Assembly: GCA_950097015.1 (NCBI GenBank)
Contig: CATNEN010000038.1
Location: forward strand, 16,492,001-16,556,000
Origin: Macrostomum hystrix
Taxonomy: Eukaryota > Animalia > Platyhelminthes
Direction of reading: 5' to 3'
DNA length: 64,000 nucleotides
The notes beneath the pieces were generated by a model, which was not told the DNA's origin, searched no databases, and saw nothing but the letters and a program-made list of their open reading frames with translations. How positions within the stretch are numbered: the stretch's first letter is position 1; every line of letters begins with the position of its first letter. A program made the translations under genes and the position numbers. Of the stretch, positions 24,801 through 36,737 are shown one piece after another.

Positions 24801-26695
24801 TATAAATATGAGATAGGGGAGAGATGAGACACGGGAGAAATTAGACACGGGAGAGATGAGACACGGGAGAGATGAGACACTGGAGAGATGAGACACGGGA
24901 GAGATGAGACACAGGAGAGATGAGACACGGGAGAGATTAGACACGGGAGAGATTAGACACGGGAGAGATTAGACACGGGAGAGATGAGACACGAGAGAGA
25001 TGAGACACGGGAGAGATTAGACACGGGAGAGATTAGACACGGGAGAGATTAGACACGGGAGAAATTAGACACGGGAGAGACGCGAGAGAGATGAAACAGG
25101 ACACTGTAGATGTCAGAAGGGGCAACGGGCCGGATTTGGGAGCTTCGAGGGCCGCATCTGGCCCGCGGGCCGGAGTTTGCCGACCCCTGTTTTAGATACA
25201 TAAAACATATTTTATGTCCCTGTCTGTTTTAGATAGAGGCCTGTCTGCTTTAGATAGATGCCTGTCTGCTTTAGATAGATGCCTGTCTGTTTTAGATAGA
25301 TGCCTGTCTGTTTTAGATAGATGCCTGTCTGTTTTAGATAGATGCTTGTCTATTTTAGATAGATGCCTGTCTGTTTTAGATAGATGCCTGTCTGTTTTAG
25401 ATAGATGCCTGTCTGTTTTAGATAGATGCTTGTCTGTTTTAGATAGATGCCTGTCTGTTTTAGATAGATGCCTGTCTGTTTTAGATAGATGCCTGTCTGT
25501 TTAGATAGATGCCTGTCTGTTTTAGATAGATGCCTGTCCGTTTTAGATAGATGCTTGTCTATTTTAGATAGATGCCTGTCTGTTTTAGATAGATGCCTGT
25601 CTGTTTTAGATAGATGCCTGTCTGTTTTAGATAGATGCCTGTCTGTTTTAGATAGATGCCTGTCTGCTTTAGATAGATGCCTGTCTGTTTTAGATAGATG
25701 CTTGTCTATTTTAGATAGATGCCTGTCTGTTTTAGATAGATGCCTGTCTGTTTTAGATAGATGCTTGTCTGTTTTAGATAGATGCCTGTCTGTTTTAGAT
25801 AGATGCCTGTCTGTTTTAGATAGATGCCTGTCTGTTTTAGATAGATGCCTGTCTGCTTTAGATAGATGCCTGTCTGTTTTAGATAGATGCCTGTCTGTTT
25901 TAGATAGATGCCTGTCTGTGTTAGATAGATGCCTGTCTGTTTTAGATAGATGCCTGTCTGTTTTAGATAGATGCCTGTCTGTGTTAAGTTGATCGCTGTC
26001 TGTTTAGGAAGATTTTCACCCGCCTTTTGTAGAAACGTATGCTTTCAGCAATAAAAATGCCTTTTTAAATCAGATATGACTACGAGAATGTGACATCCGA
26101 GTCAGCCAGCCAGCTTATGTCGGAGCTCCAAGCCCGACTGTCCAGCCTGCCCGGTGTCAGCTTGTCCGGCGGTGGTCGCTCCTACACTGTGGCCAGCGCG
26201 GACAATTTCAGCTACAAGGATCCGGTGGACGGCTCGGTGACTAGTAACCAAGGCGTTCGCGTAATCTTCACTGACGGATCTCGCATTATCTATCGTCTGA
26301 GCGGCACTGGCAGTTCCGGTGCTACAATTCGAGTCTATATTGAACAATATGAGGCCGCTGGCGGCAATGTCCTAGCTGATCCGGCTGTAAGTCTATTTGG
26401 AATCTATTTCGAAGTTACAAGTAAGGAAATTTACAAGTAACGAAAGTTACAAGTAACGAAAGTTACAAGTAACGAAAGTTACAAGTAACGAAAGTTACAA
26501 GTAACGAAATTTGCAAGTAACGAAAGTTGCAAGTAACGAAAGTTACAAGTAACGAAAGTTATATATTTGATAGAACTAATTTTACTAATTATCCCAACAT
26601 TTCAGGAGACGTTGCGCCCATTAGTTGAAGTAGCGCTAAGCCTGTCTCGCATGGCCGAACTGACTGGCCGCAATTCGCCCACTGTTATCACCTAA
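21818..26695 (+). CDS. PGM1: Phosphoglucomutase; exons 21818-22375, 22543-23261, 26074-26386, 26606-26695
   Basis: GTSGLRK, catalytic TASHNPGG, metal loop [21 protein letters not shown] formed across the exon 2/3 junction, RLSGTGS, C-terminal PTVIT-stop. Confidence 0.97.
23340..24095. repeat. 33-bp minisatellite (TGCTAATTAACCTGGGCTGTGTGTGTTGTGTGT) in PGM1 intron 2
   Basis: About 23 near-identical tandem units. Confidence 0.97.
24728..25189 (+). mobile_element. hAT (Charlie/Buster-like) MITE, copy 2, with an expanded internal 16-bp array
   Basis: TIR CAGGGGTAGGCAAAC / GTTTGCCGACCCCTG; exact 8-bp TSD TTTTAGAT; internal GGGAGAGATGAGACAC repeats. Confidence 0.93.
25215..25985. repeat. 21-bp minisatellite (TGCCTGTCTGTTTTAGATAGA) in PGM1 intron 2
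   Basis: About 36 tandem units. Confidence 0.97.
26411..26560. repeat. 16-bp tandem repeat (CGAAAGTTACAAGTAA) in PGM1 intron 3
   Basis: About 9 tandem units. Confidence 0.93.
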
Positions 26696-27246
26696 ATGTG
26701 CCGCCGAAATAAAAGGAAACTACTGCGCCTGTTTTCAATGGTCGGCTAGAATTGAAAACTTGAAACTTGAAAATTGAAATTGAAAACACAGTTTCGTAAA
26801 TCGTGAACCCCTTAATATTCAAAATAAAAAAACCATTTAGTCTAAAAAGACAACTGAAATCCCAATAATCCATTGCCATTCTTAGTTTTTTCATTAACTT
26901 TAAATTTTCTGTTCATTTTCTACACTACTCATAGATATTGGCTAGTAGTAGTAGTAGTAGTAATACAAGTACATTTTCATTTTGATTGTAGATTTTCATT
27001 TTTTACTCAATTGATCTTCCGACATTGTTAGTAGCCACTAGCAGACATTTTCTGAATCAGATTTTTACTAAATGAAGCGCAAATAATAGATCTAAAAATA
27101 AATACGTTTACCTTCATGCGCAAGGTGGCGCATTACCAGCCTACGATAAAGTTCATTGTTTTTTCTAACAAAAACAGATACAGACTCATATTTTCATTTT
27201 ATACGAATTACTTAATCAAAGCTTAAGCTTAAGAGTAAGACCGTTA

Positions 27247-27814
27247 ATGAGTGACAAGTTTTCTTTGCAGAAGCGATTTTTTATCGCGTCTTGGTTCGAA
27301 AATACCCATAGCCCCATTGTTGTGCAGCGCCAATATCAAGCTCAGTTTGGGACTCAATGCCCATCTACAGACAATATCCACTATTCTGGCTGTACACATT
27401 CTCGCTGCGGTGCTGACTGCCTTCGGGGATAACCCAACCATGTCAGCACGCCATGCGTCTGTGCAACACGGATGTCACGGTGGTCCGTCCAAAGAATCCT
27501 TCTTGTATTCTTTGTATCACCCCCCGATCTCATCCTATGCGACTTCTACCTGTGGGGTGATCTCAAACGCCGAGTCTAAGTACGCCGGATAGTCTCCATT
27601 CTGGAGCTGAAGCAGATTGTCTCTGCTATCGGCACTACAGCACACAGTGTGCTCTACTCGTAGGCAGCTGTTACAATTGCCACCTCGTCAAGCGCCTGGA
27701 GCTCTGGAGAAAAATGGTGCTCACCTTGAGAACAAAATTTAGCCCATCGAACAATTGAAATAAAATAAAAACTTTTACTTAAAAAACTTGCGGAATTTCT
27801 TTTCAGACAGCCTG
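27247..27814 (+). pseudogene. Decayed, internally deleted Tc1/mariner-superfamily transposase with right TIR remnant
   Basis: N-terminal FSLQKRFFIASWFENTHSPIVVQRQYQAQFG (DUF4817-like HTH), PDLILCDFYLWGDLKRRV-stop (cf. SPDLTPCDFFLWGYLK), terminal KNGAHLENKI-stop; frameshifted; ends ...TTTTCAGACAGCCTG. Confidence 0.8.
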
Positions 27815-28379
27815 AGTTTGCCCATTGCTTCAAGTAAATCAAGAAGAACAGTCAATCAGTCCCACATCATGTCGCTGAGACCTGTTTAGATTGTCAACGC
27901 GACAAAATCCTCCCCTCACTGAAAGGCTTCTATAAGCCTACATCTGTTCGCTTATGTAGGTTCGGTATGTACTCGTACCTTCACTAATATTGTTCGTTTG
28001 GTTAGGCTGTTGGTCATTAGGCACGCCATCTTGCACTTCGTCGATCTCTTCACCATCTTCCTCCAGATCAGTTCTTGGTCTTGCTTGTCTATCTTGCGAA
28101 GGCAAAAAAAGAAAAAATCTAACCGAGCACTTAGGGCCATAGACATCACCAAATAGATAAGAGCTTTGGAAAGGGAAAACAAATTTTAGTGCTGCCAAGT
28201 CATCCGTAAGCGATATAATTACTCCCAAGTGACTTATCTGACTATTTTACATTTTGAGTTGAGACAAGTGAGGTAAGCTGCATTCTTCTTTGACATCTGG
28301 TAATTATCGTAGAGTGCAGTCATGTTTAAGTCAAAGTTTAATGGCGATCAACCTTTAATGGCATTTGTATAGCACTCTG

Positions 28380-28550
28380 TTTAGTACACTGCACACTGCC
28401 TGAAGAGTAGAAAGTTTGGGGCAGATAGATGTACACACCAATGGCTATAGTGTGTGCGTTCGTGTCTGTGTGCAGCACACAGTGTGCTCACAGGGGGTCA
28501 GCGGAATGGGTAGAATCGCCACCTCTGGCGGCGGTGGTGTCGTCAATTTG
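28380..28550. repeat. Diverged copy of the dispersed hairpin repeat family
   Basis: CACTGCCTGAAGAGTAGAAAGTTTGGGGCAG..TGTACACACC..GTGTGTGC..GTCAGCGGAATGGGTAGAATCGCC aligns with the 37.1 and 41.9 kb copies. Confidence 0.65.
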
Positions 28551-28605
28551 TAGCAACAGCAACAGCCAGAAGCAATCATTCCCATCCAATTGGTAGGGAA
28601 GCCAA

Positions 28606-30691
28606 ATGAAGAAGCTGTCAACACTTGGCAAGCAGAGCGCCTGCAGGGAACGGAAGCGGAAGCAGCAGCCTGTCATGGACCATTCCGACGCTAGCAGCTC
28701 ATTAAAGCAGCAGCAGACAGACAGCGGTTTCGCCACTTTAGAATGCAGCACTGGAGACCAGAGTCTGCGCAGTGTCGAAGTGGAAAACCAGCCATTTGTA
28801 AGGCCGAAAATGAGGAAGGTGAGATCAGAATCCGATAGAGCCGAGCTGATAGTAAAGTCACCCGAGGCCCATGGCGACTCGGTGGTTGCGCTGCTGCTAC
28901 AGAAGCGACGCATGCGGAGCTTGGACAATCCGAGGTCCTCTGAAGCTGGCCAGTCAATGCCGCCGCCAAGGATTCGCTGCAACCTATTGGACGTGACCAC
29001 TATCAATTCTAGGTTAAAACAAACTGCGCGGGACAACTCGGTTTCAACAGACAGCGATCGAGATGTGAGTGCAAATTACTCGTAGATATCGAAAACTTCC
29101 CATGAGCCAACCTTGCTATTTCAAGTAGTGAATTTTTTTTCTTTTTTTAAAGGAATCAAGATCGTCGGCTGCGATGTTTCAATTTTCGGCACGCTCAAGC
29201 ATTGGCTGCTGCGTTAGTTCTCAAACAACCATCGCTATGAGGCTGGCTGCAGCGTCTTCAACTGATGATGACAATGCTGTTGAGTCTATGGGAGCCAATG
29301 TGTGCACTATGCTGCCGCACATGGCTCCCAGCAGCATCGAGAATGGCGCCAATCTAGCGACACCTAAAGACTCCACCACCGATGATAGGTCAGCCCATAG
29401 ACATAAGCTAATGCGTGCATGTATGACCGCCTCCGAATCAACTGCAGATTTTAAGAAGCTGAGAAACGGTACAAATGGTGCAACTAGGTGAGATAACCAG
29501 TATTTTATTAAATTAATTATTTCAAGGACTACTAAGACATTACTGAGTCATAACTGGGGGCGCTAAAATAGGTGATGGACTGTAAACGCTTCCAATTCTC
29601 ACTGTATTCTCACTGGCAGAAGGGACGCGTCGTCATCGTCTATGGAATGGCACAGTAGTCTGGTCTCACCTATTTCTAAGCAGGAGACCAATGGTACTGA
29701 TCATGACTACGCGAATACTCGATCATGGGCCAAGCAGAAACGATCTCCACAAGCTTTTTACAGCAAACTGTCGTTGTCCGAGTGTTTCGATTCGTCTCTG
29801 CCTATTGCTCGTCACTGTTTGGAATCGCCGCTAATTGCGTACACCTCGGCTGCTCTACCATCGCGAATTTACTATGCCCAGCTGACGCCTCTGACTAAGC
29901 TCGCGAACTGTCTCGATTTTATCATTGTGGCAGCGAGCAGTTTTCATTTTCATTGCAGCACATTAGATAGAATAGATACGGCTTCTTCTATTGCCTGTTG
30001 CGCAATCGTCAGACAAATCGATACTTCCTTCGAAGAAAAGGTGGTAGTGTCTCGTCAGCTCAATCGCAGCCTGCATTTGGCCGAGCATTGTGCTCAGATG
30101 ACCCTGGTATTGAAACAGAGCTCCCCGCTAGATGACAACAGTGAGGCTTTTGGAGACTCAAGCGATGGAAATATTGTGCCTCTGCATCACTACAGATCCG
30201 ATTGCAGCCTTTACGAGCGTCTGAGTGTCACTGCTCACCTACTTTCTCAGAACTCCGGCCCTGATTTGAGCGCGTCGCGTTCGGCACTTTTGACGCAGCT
30301 AAATTATCCTGTTGAGCAGCACCTGCTCACCCAGGCTGGTGCGGCACAGAGTCTGTCGTCTCTCTGGCCATCGAAGACTAGTTGCCGAGTCAGAAATCAT
30401 GCAAAGCTGCAGCGGGGCACTGGGGCACTGTCCATTGGAACGTGCAGCTCAGGCAGTGCAGTTTGCAGAGTGCGCATAGCCCCGTCTGAAATTGTTAACA
30501 AATCAGAAGACATTTTTCCGAGTAGTCATAGAGCCAACCGCATGATGACATCTGACTACTTCTCAGTTTCTAAATCCAGCTCAGCGCTCCTCTCCCTGGA
30601 AGACGACGAAGAAAGCTCGGATTTTGAAAGTGCAGTTCTGTGCTACTCCAGCTCTTGGTCTGATTCTTCCTCAGATTTCGATGGCTATTAA
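28606..30691 (+). CDS. Uncharacterised Ser-rich protein, ~621 aa; exons 28606-29064, 29153-29487, 29620-30691
   Basis: Three ORFs join exactly in frame through two short GT-AG introns (phase 0 and phase 2). No family recognised; the start may lie further upstream. Confidence 0.75.
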
Positions 30692-31472
30692 CAAAACAAT
30701 CGCCACGATTTCATGCCTATATTTTTCGTTAGCGACATTACTCTTTGCTGAAATAAACACGAAAAGCTCTTTTTTTACATTTCGTTTGTTTTTTGTCATG
30801 TTCTATTTCATATAGACCCTATAATAGTTCATTGAAAATTTAGCTAGATTTCATAAACATGTAAGTATAGTATGTATAAAAACTCGTATTTAGCCTCCTG
30901 CTGGTTATTCGCAAATTATTACGCAGCTTTATTCGAACAGAGCTCATAATCTACACCAAAAAGTTCGGCTAACAGGATCTACTCTCTGTTACTCTCTACT
31001 CTCACTCTCAGGACCATACTGCTCTCTTCGGTTGCTGCTGCGGCATGTGATATTGTACAATAATGCGATATATTAGTATCGTGCATTTTTGGATTTACTT
31101 AACCATGCAGGGCTTGTATTGTATACGAATATTTATACACACTACAATTGTTCATTTATTTCGATTTTATCGACTGAAGTTTTGTGGATTGGTATCGCAA
31201 GCTGTACTCAAATCCCTGTACTCAAATTGAACATTACTGAATACATACATGGAAGCAAAAAGATAAATAGTATCATGAAACAAGCTGCTGATTCCCATGG
31301 TCGTCAACATACATGTACAGGGTCAGTTCATGATAGGCATAATTTATTCATATAAAAGGTGCAAATCTCTTGTTTCTTCTCGAGTTAATTTTACGCAGTT
31401 TATTTATTAAATAGTCACTATATACATATCATTTCGTCGCGTTTTTGAAATGCTTGCTGTTTGAAATGCATA

Positions 31473-31484
31473 TGCGCATGCGCA
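31473..31484. promoter_or_regulatory. Perfect NRF1/Ewg-type palindrome TGCGCATGCGCA, candidate ISY1 promoter element
   Basis: Exact consensus match in AT-rich intergenic DNA 2.4 kb upstream of the ISY1 ATG; function inferred. Confidence 0.45.
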
Positions 31485-33907
31485 CCCACGACAGGCGAAG
31501 GAGTTAGTACTGAAGTGTACACTTAAGTGCCACAAATTTATCAAATCAATTCTGAAGAAGCTAGCAGATACAAAACGACAAAAGATTCCCATTTCATAGG
31601 GCCAAATTTACATATTTTAATAAAATTAAAAAACTTGACAAATAGGGAAAAAAAAATAAACCCTGCAAAAAACTTTGTCAAACGACGGTCACAAAAAATG
31701 TTTTGAATTTATTTTGTTTTGTTATACCGCAATAAAACCATTTAAAGTTCAGATTGTAGAATTACGAGAAACTTTCCAACAATATATACCAATAGTACGC
31801 TCTCCCCTCTCTCTTGCAGCTCATACAGCACTGTTTGAGGCAAAGCCTAGAGAAGCAATATTTTTTGCTTTTTTATCATGTACTTTGCTCATGGCTCAAG
31901 TGAATTTTTTTGCAACCAATTAAGATGTGGTCACAAATGACCAATTTGTTGCTTCATTTGGTCATTTGTTTACTTTTGTTTGTTTTGCTTTCTCAGAAAT
32001 ACACACTTCTTATGTAAAAACTATATTACAGGTCAGCAACAAAGTAAAAAGCATAGCCTAGTCCATAAACAGGCATTATGTTTAAGCACATTAGCATAGG
32101 CATACTTAAAATCGATAGGCCTAACTGACTGGATCGGAAACCAATCAAATGATACCAAGAGCATGATTTGGCACTCTAATTCTAGGTACTAAAAAGTATA
32201 GGCTCTGGAATGCGCAGCAAACTTCTATCCATTTTTCTGTAGTCTGGATCATGTAGGGTAGAAAAAAAAAATTCTTGACACTATAATGATCAAACTATCA
32301 GTATATATTAAGCATAATACTCCATACCTATTGCATGCAAAAAAAATTATGCATTTGCTTTCTCTTGGCATTCATGGTAGGCCTATGCATTAGGCCTAGT
32401 GTTCATTTCAGGGGTTGGCATGTCATGCATTGTAGTGTAAGTGATAGTTGTGAATTGTAAAAAGTAATAGAATTAACAGTAAAAACCTATAAAAAATAGT
32501 AATGTAATAGTGATATATAAACTATTAAGAATAGATTTTGCATGACTAAAGTAAAATATACAATGAGCTGTTTAAGCTTTTTGAGTTTTTGTACATTTGA
32601 CTTAAACACTTTAAATCAGTTAAAGTTTTGGAAGTGCTTATTCCCACAGTCCCATGCCAATAATTTTCTGCTTATCCACATGGCAGCTTGTATGAATAGG
32701 TCTACTTTCAAGTCCCTACCTATTCTTCTCTGAGCATAAGGCTTTTGTTTCAGAGTATAGGCCTAGTGTATATAAGTGTACACTATCAATGCATAGTGTA
32801 AAAGAATAACAACAATGTATAAAATGTGTGACGAGTTTGGTGCTGACTAGAATTCTGCTGGTTGACTCGTATGATTTTCTTTGATAGACCTCTTACTTTT
32901 TAAGTCAATACAATTCGAATGAAAACACATACCGATGACAAAAGATTTAGTAAGTTGTTATTACAATAAATATAAAGGATGACATTAATGTTGGTTAATG
33001 AATGTGTAGGTCAAAATGTAGAACACTGTCATAGCACATTGGCAACTTTGTCAATCTATTGGCTCAAGGGTTCAACAAAACGTTTAAACCTGAAAGGGCC
33101 TCGTTTCAAAGAACAGAACTGTGTGGATAAAATTGAAATTAATGGCACGGCATATATAAAGAGTTGTAGACCTATTCATACAAGCTGCCATGTGGATAAG
33201 CAGAAAATTATCGGCACGGATCCGTGTGGATAAAATTGAAATTATCGGCACAGGACCTTGGGAATATGCTCTGCCTAAAGTTTTATATGCTCCTTTGCTT
33301 TTAGTTAAATAAAATATAAGTATAATGACTTTCTTTTGTCCTGACGTACATTTTTCTCCTAGTCATACAGGCATGTGCTATTGTGCAATTTGAAAAAATC
33401 TGTCTCACCTTTGCATGCAAATCAAAGTTTCCATTTTTTCTTTCAGGTATGCACCAGCATGCAACTGACTAAGGCCTTATATAGTTATAAAAATTGTCAA
33501 AAATTCTTCCACTTAAACTTAAGCCAGGCTTATGGCTGTCAGCAATAAAAGTGTATACTTAGCTTGCAATCAGTTAGAGTTACTAAATTAGCAGCATACA
33601 TATCTAGGTTTGTTTTTGGAAACAAGAAGTCTAAACATATAGACAAGTTTATTATAAAAAATAAAGCACATTCAAATATTTTTATAATATATTTACCTTA
33701 GTATCATAAACATTTTTGGTTTAGCTAGTGCTTATTAAGTTTTAAATTTTTAATGAACAGGTGTTTTCTGTTTCTGAGCAAGGATTATTTCTGTTTTTGG
33801 CTATTTGTCTTTAAAACATATCATAATTGAAAAAAATCCTATCTATTTTGCAGCTCTGCCAATTTTTCACTTAGAATTCACTATTAGAGATCTATTCTGA
33901 ATAAAAT

Positions 33908-35561
33908 ATGGCTCGCAACTCTGAGAAGGCCATGACTGCCCTGGCACGTTGGCGCTCTGTATTTGTTGACAAAGCTCACGAGAAGGCTAGGCGTAGGCCA
34001 TATTTGGCCACTGAGTGCAACGACCTGCAGGAAGCAATTCGATGGCGTCGTGACATAATCAAAGAGATTGCATTCAAGGTATGTGCTTTCTAAACAATTT
34101 GATTAACTACTCGATTCATCATCAAGTAGTAGCAGAGGTTTTTGCTGCATAGGAAATTTTTCCTATTGCTTAAACGTTAGTGCCTATGTATACGGCAAGA
34201 TGGTATATTTAACAAACTAGGGGATAATCTGTATATACCTGATACTTGAATATTATTCCCATAGTGTTATGATTATCCCTCAAGATAGTTACCATAGTTA
34301 ACTGATTTTTTCTTGCGCATCTTAAAACAGGTCGGCCAGATTCAAAATCCCGGCCTAGGCGAATTTAAACTGCGCGATTTAAACGACGAAATAAATAAAT
34401 TATTCCGCGAAAAAGCGCATTGGGAGGAGCGAATCAAGGAGCTGGGCGGGCCGGATTATCGCAAGGACGCGCCGCGGATGCTGGAACGCGACGGCAAAGA
34501 GGCGCCTGGCAGCCGGGGCTATCGCTACTTTGGCGCCACCAGATTTCTGCCCGGAGTGCGCGAACTGTTTGAAGCCGATCCGATACCGCCGCCACGCAAG
34601 ACTAGAGGCGAATTGGCTAAATTCATCGACGTAGATTATTACGGCTATAGAGATGAGGACGATGGCATTGTGCTGCAGCAGGAGGCCGCCAGAGAGGCAC
34701 AGTTAAAGTTGGTGCTGGCCAAGGTAGGCGGTTCAGTTGAAAGCCGGTCATTCTTAGCTCGCTTATCCGGTCTGGCCTCTATTAAGCCTCTTGTTTAGGT
34801 CATTAGTAACCTCTAATTTTAATCATTAGTAGTCTCCCATTTCATTCATGTACTAGCCTCTCATTTTGATCATTTATAGCTTTGCATTTCGGTCATTAGA
34901 AGCCTAGCCTTTCATTTTGGTCATTTATAGCTTTGCATTTCGGTCATTAGAAGCCTAGCCTTTCATTTTGGTCATTTATAGCTTTGCATTTCGGTCATTA
35001 GAAGCCTAGCCGCTCATTTTGGTAATTCATAGCCTTTCATTTTGTTCATAAGAAGCCTTGTATTTCGGTATTCAGTGCTCTCTACACAGATGTCATTTAT
35101 TGCCGATTCCAATACCATTTTGGCAGGAGAGGCGAGATCGCCTAGCCGCATTAGCCGCCGGCGATCGACCTGTCCGCGGCGCCCTGGAAACCTCCGACGA
35201 CGAAGAGGAGACCATCTACCGGGTGGAATCGAATCCGGCCGACGATGAAATCATTGGCAATTCGGCTGCAGCTGGTGACTCTACTGCAGCCAGCGATGCG
35301 GAGCTGGCTTCAGCTGTAGGCGGCAGCTACACGGACAAGGTGATCGCCAGTTATAGATCTCACGTACCGGTGCCAACTCAGAAAGAGATCGAAGCCGCTC
35401 TATTAGAGAGAAAGAAGGCCCTACTATTGAGTCAGTACATGACAGACGATATGATTGAGCGAGCGCGCGAGACCGAAGCCATGCTGGGTGTGGTTAGCGA
35501 GGCTGGCGACAATGACGAAGTGGAGGAGGAAGAGGATGAGGTTGCTGATGCTGCGTCTTAA
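33908..35561 (+). CDS. ISY1: Pre-mRNA splicing factor ISY1; exons 33908-34078, 34331-34723, 35127-35561
   Basis: MARNSEKAMTALARW, RRPYLATEC, QIQNPGLGEFKLRDLNDEINKL, YRYFGA, YYGYRDEDDG, HVPVPTQKEIE; phase-0 GT-AG junctions. Confidence 0.96.
34850..35065. repeat. ~49-bp tandem repeat in ISY1 intron 2
   Basis: TCATTTATAGCTTTGCATTTCGGTCATTAGAAGCCTAGCCTTTCATTTTGG-like unit repeated 3-4 times. Confidence 0.85.
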
Positions 35562-35984
35562 TTAGCATTGTGCATATCGTTTTAATTTGCATTCTTCTCA
35601 CAATTTTTTAAAATATATAAATGAGCTACTTAGGAAAATATGATAGTACATCGTATAACAGTTCTCTATGTTCTATTTGGCAGTGCAGTTAAAATTATTA
35701 TTACTAATTTGTTAATAAGCAGTGTGTAAATTTCTCATTAAAATATAACGACGTTTCCAATGACGTTTTTCATTCAGCGTATTCTCTGCAATCTATTTAA
35801 ATTATTTTCTAGTTATTTGTCTTGTTAATTTATATTTATCAGATCAAAATAATGAATTTGTTTATCACAGAGACTTTATAAATGTACTTCATTTTCATTA
35901 CAATTTACCAAAATCCGAATTCACTGAAATCCTACTTCATTTGACGTAGTGAATTTTAGCGATCGCTTACTAAAGTCCTAATTT

Positions 35985-36365
35985 ATAGAATTCCTCATTC
36001 ACGGAAATCCCCATTGATTGAATTCCTCATTCACTGAAATCGCAATTGATTGAATTCCTCATTCACGGAAATCCCCATTGATTAAATTCCTCATTCACGG
36101 AAATCGCTATTGATTGAATTCCTCATTCACGGTAATCCCCAATGGATTAAATTCCTCTGCATTTACTGAAATCGCAATTGATTGAATTCCTCATTCACTG
36201 AAATCGCAATTGATTGAATTCCTCATTCACGGAAATCCCCATTGATTAAATTCCTCATTCACGGAAATCCCCATTGATTGAATTCCTCATTCACGGTAAT
36301 CCCCAATGGATTAAATTCCTCTGCATTTACTGAAATCGCAATTGATTGAATTCCTCCTTCACAGA
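35985..36365. repeat. ~32-bp minisatellite (ATTGATTGAATTCCTCATTCACGGAAATCCCC)
   Basis: About 11 tandem units between ISY1 and the TEX43-like gene. Confidence 0.93.
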
Positions 36366-36737
36366 AATTGAATGTTTGATTGAAGTATAATTTTCTGAAA
36401 TCCAAAGCCTTTGACATCCTCGTTAATTAAAATCATTATTCATCAAATTCCCAATAAATTGAAGTCGTTAGTTTGTAACTTTGTTGTAGTTTAGGGAATA
36501 TATTCTTAATAACTCTTAATAAAATCTACAAGTTGAGAAGTTAAAATCGATTTATTTAATTAATGCTCGCTTTCTCACACAAAAGTGACAGGATGCTCCT
36601 TAAGAGACCAGGTAATTGAAAAAAACAAGGCCGTTGGCGTTTTTGGATTTTTGCTATTTTAGAGGATTGTTAAATAAATTAAAGCGAAACGAAATTGCTC
36701 GTCCACTGTGTGATGTAGACGCCGCAACCGATTCTAA

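Noticed and set aside
23365-25992. Cys/Leu-rich periodic ORFs ([15 protein letters not shown])
   Set aside because: Translations of stop-free minisatellites inside PGM1 intron 2.
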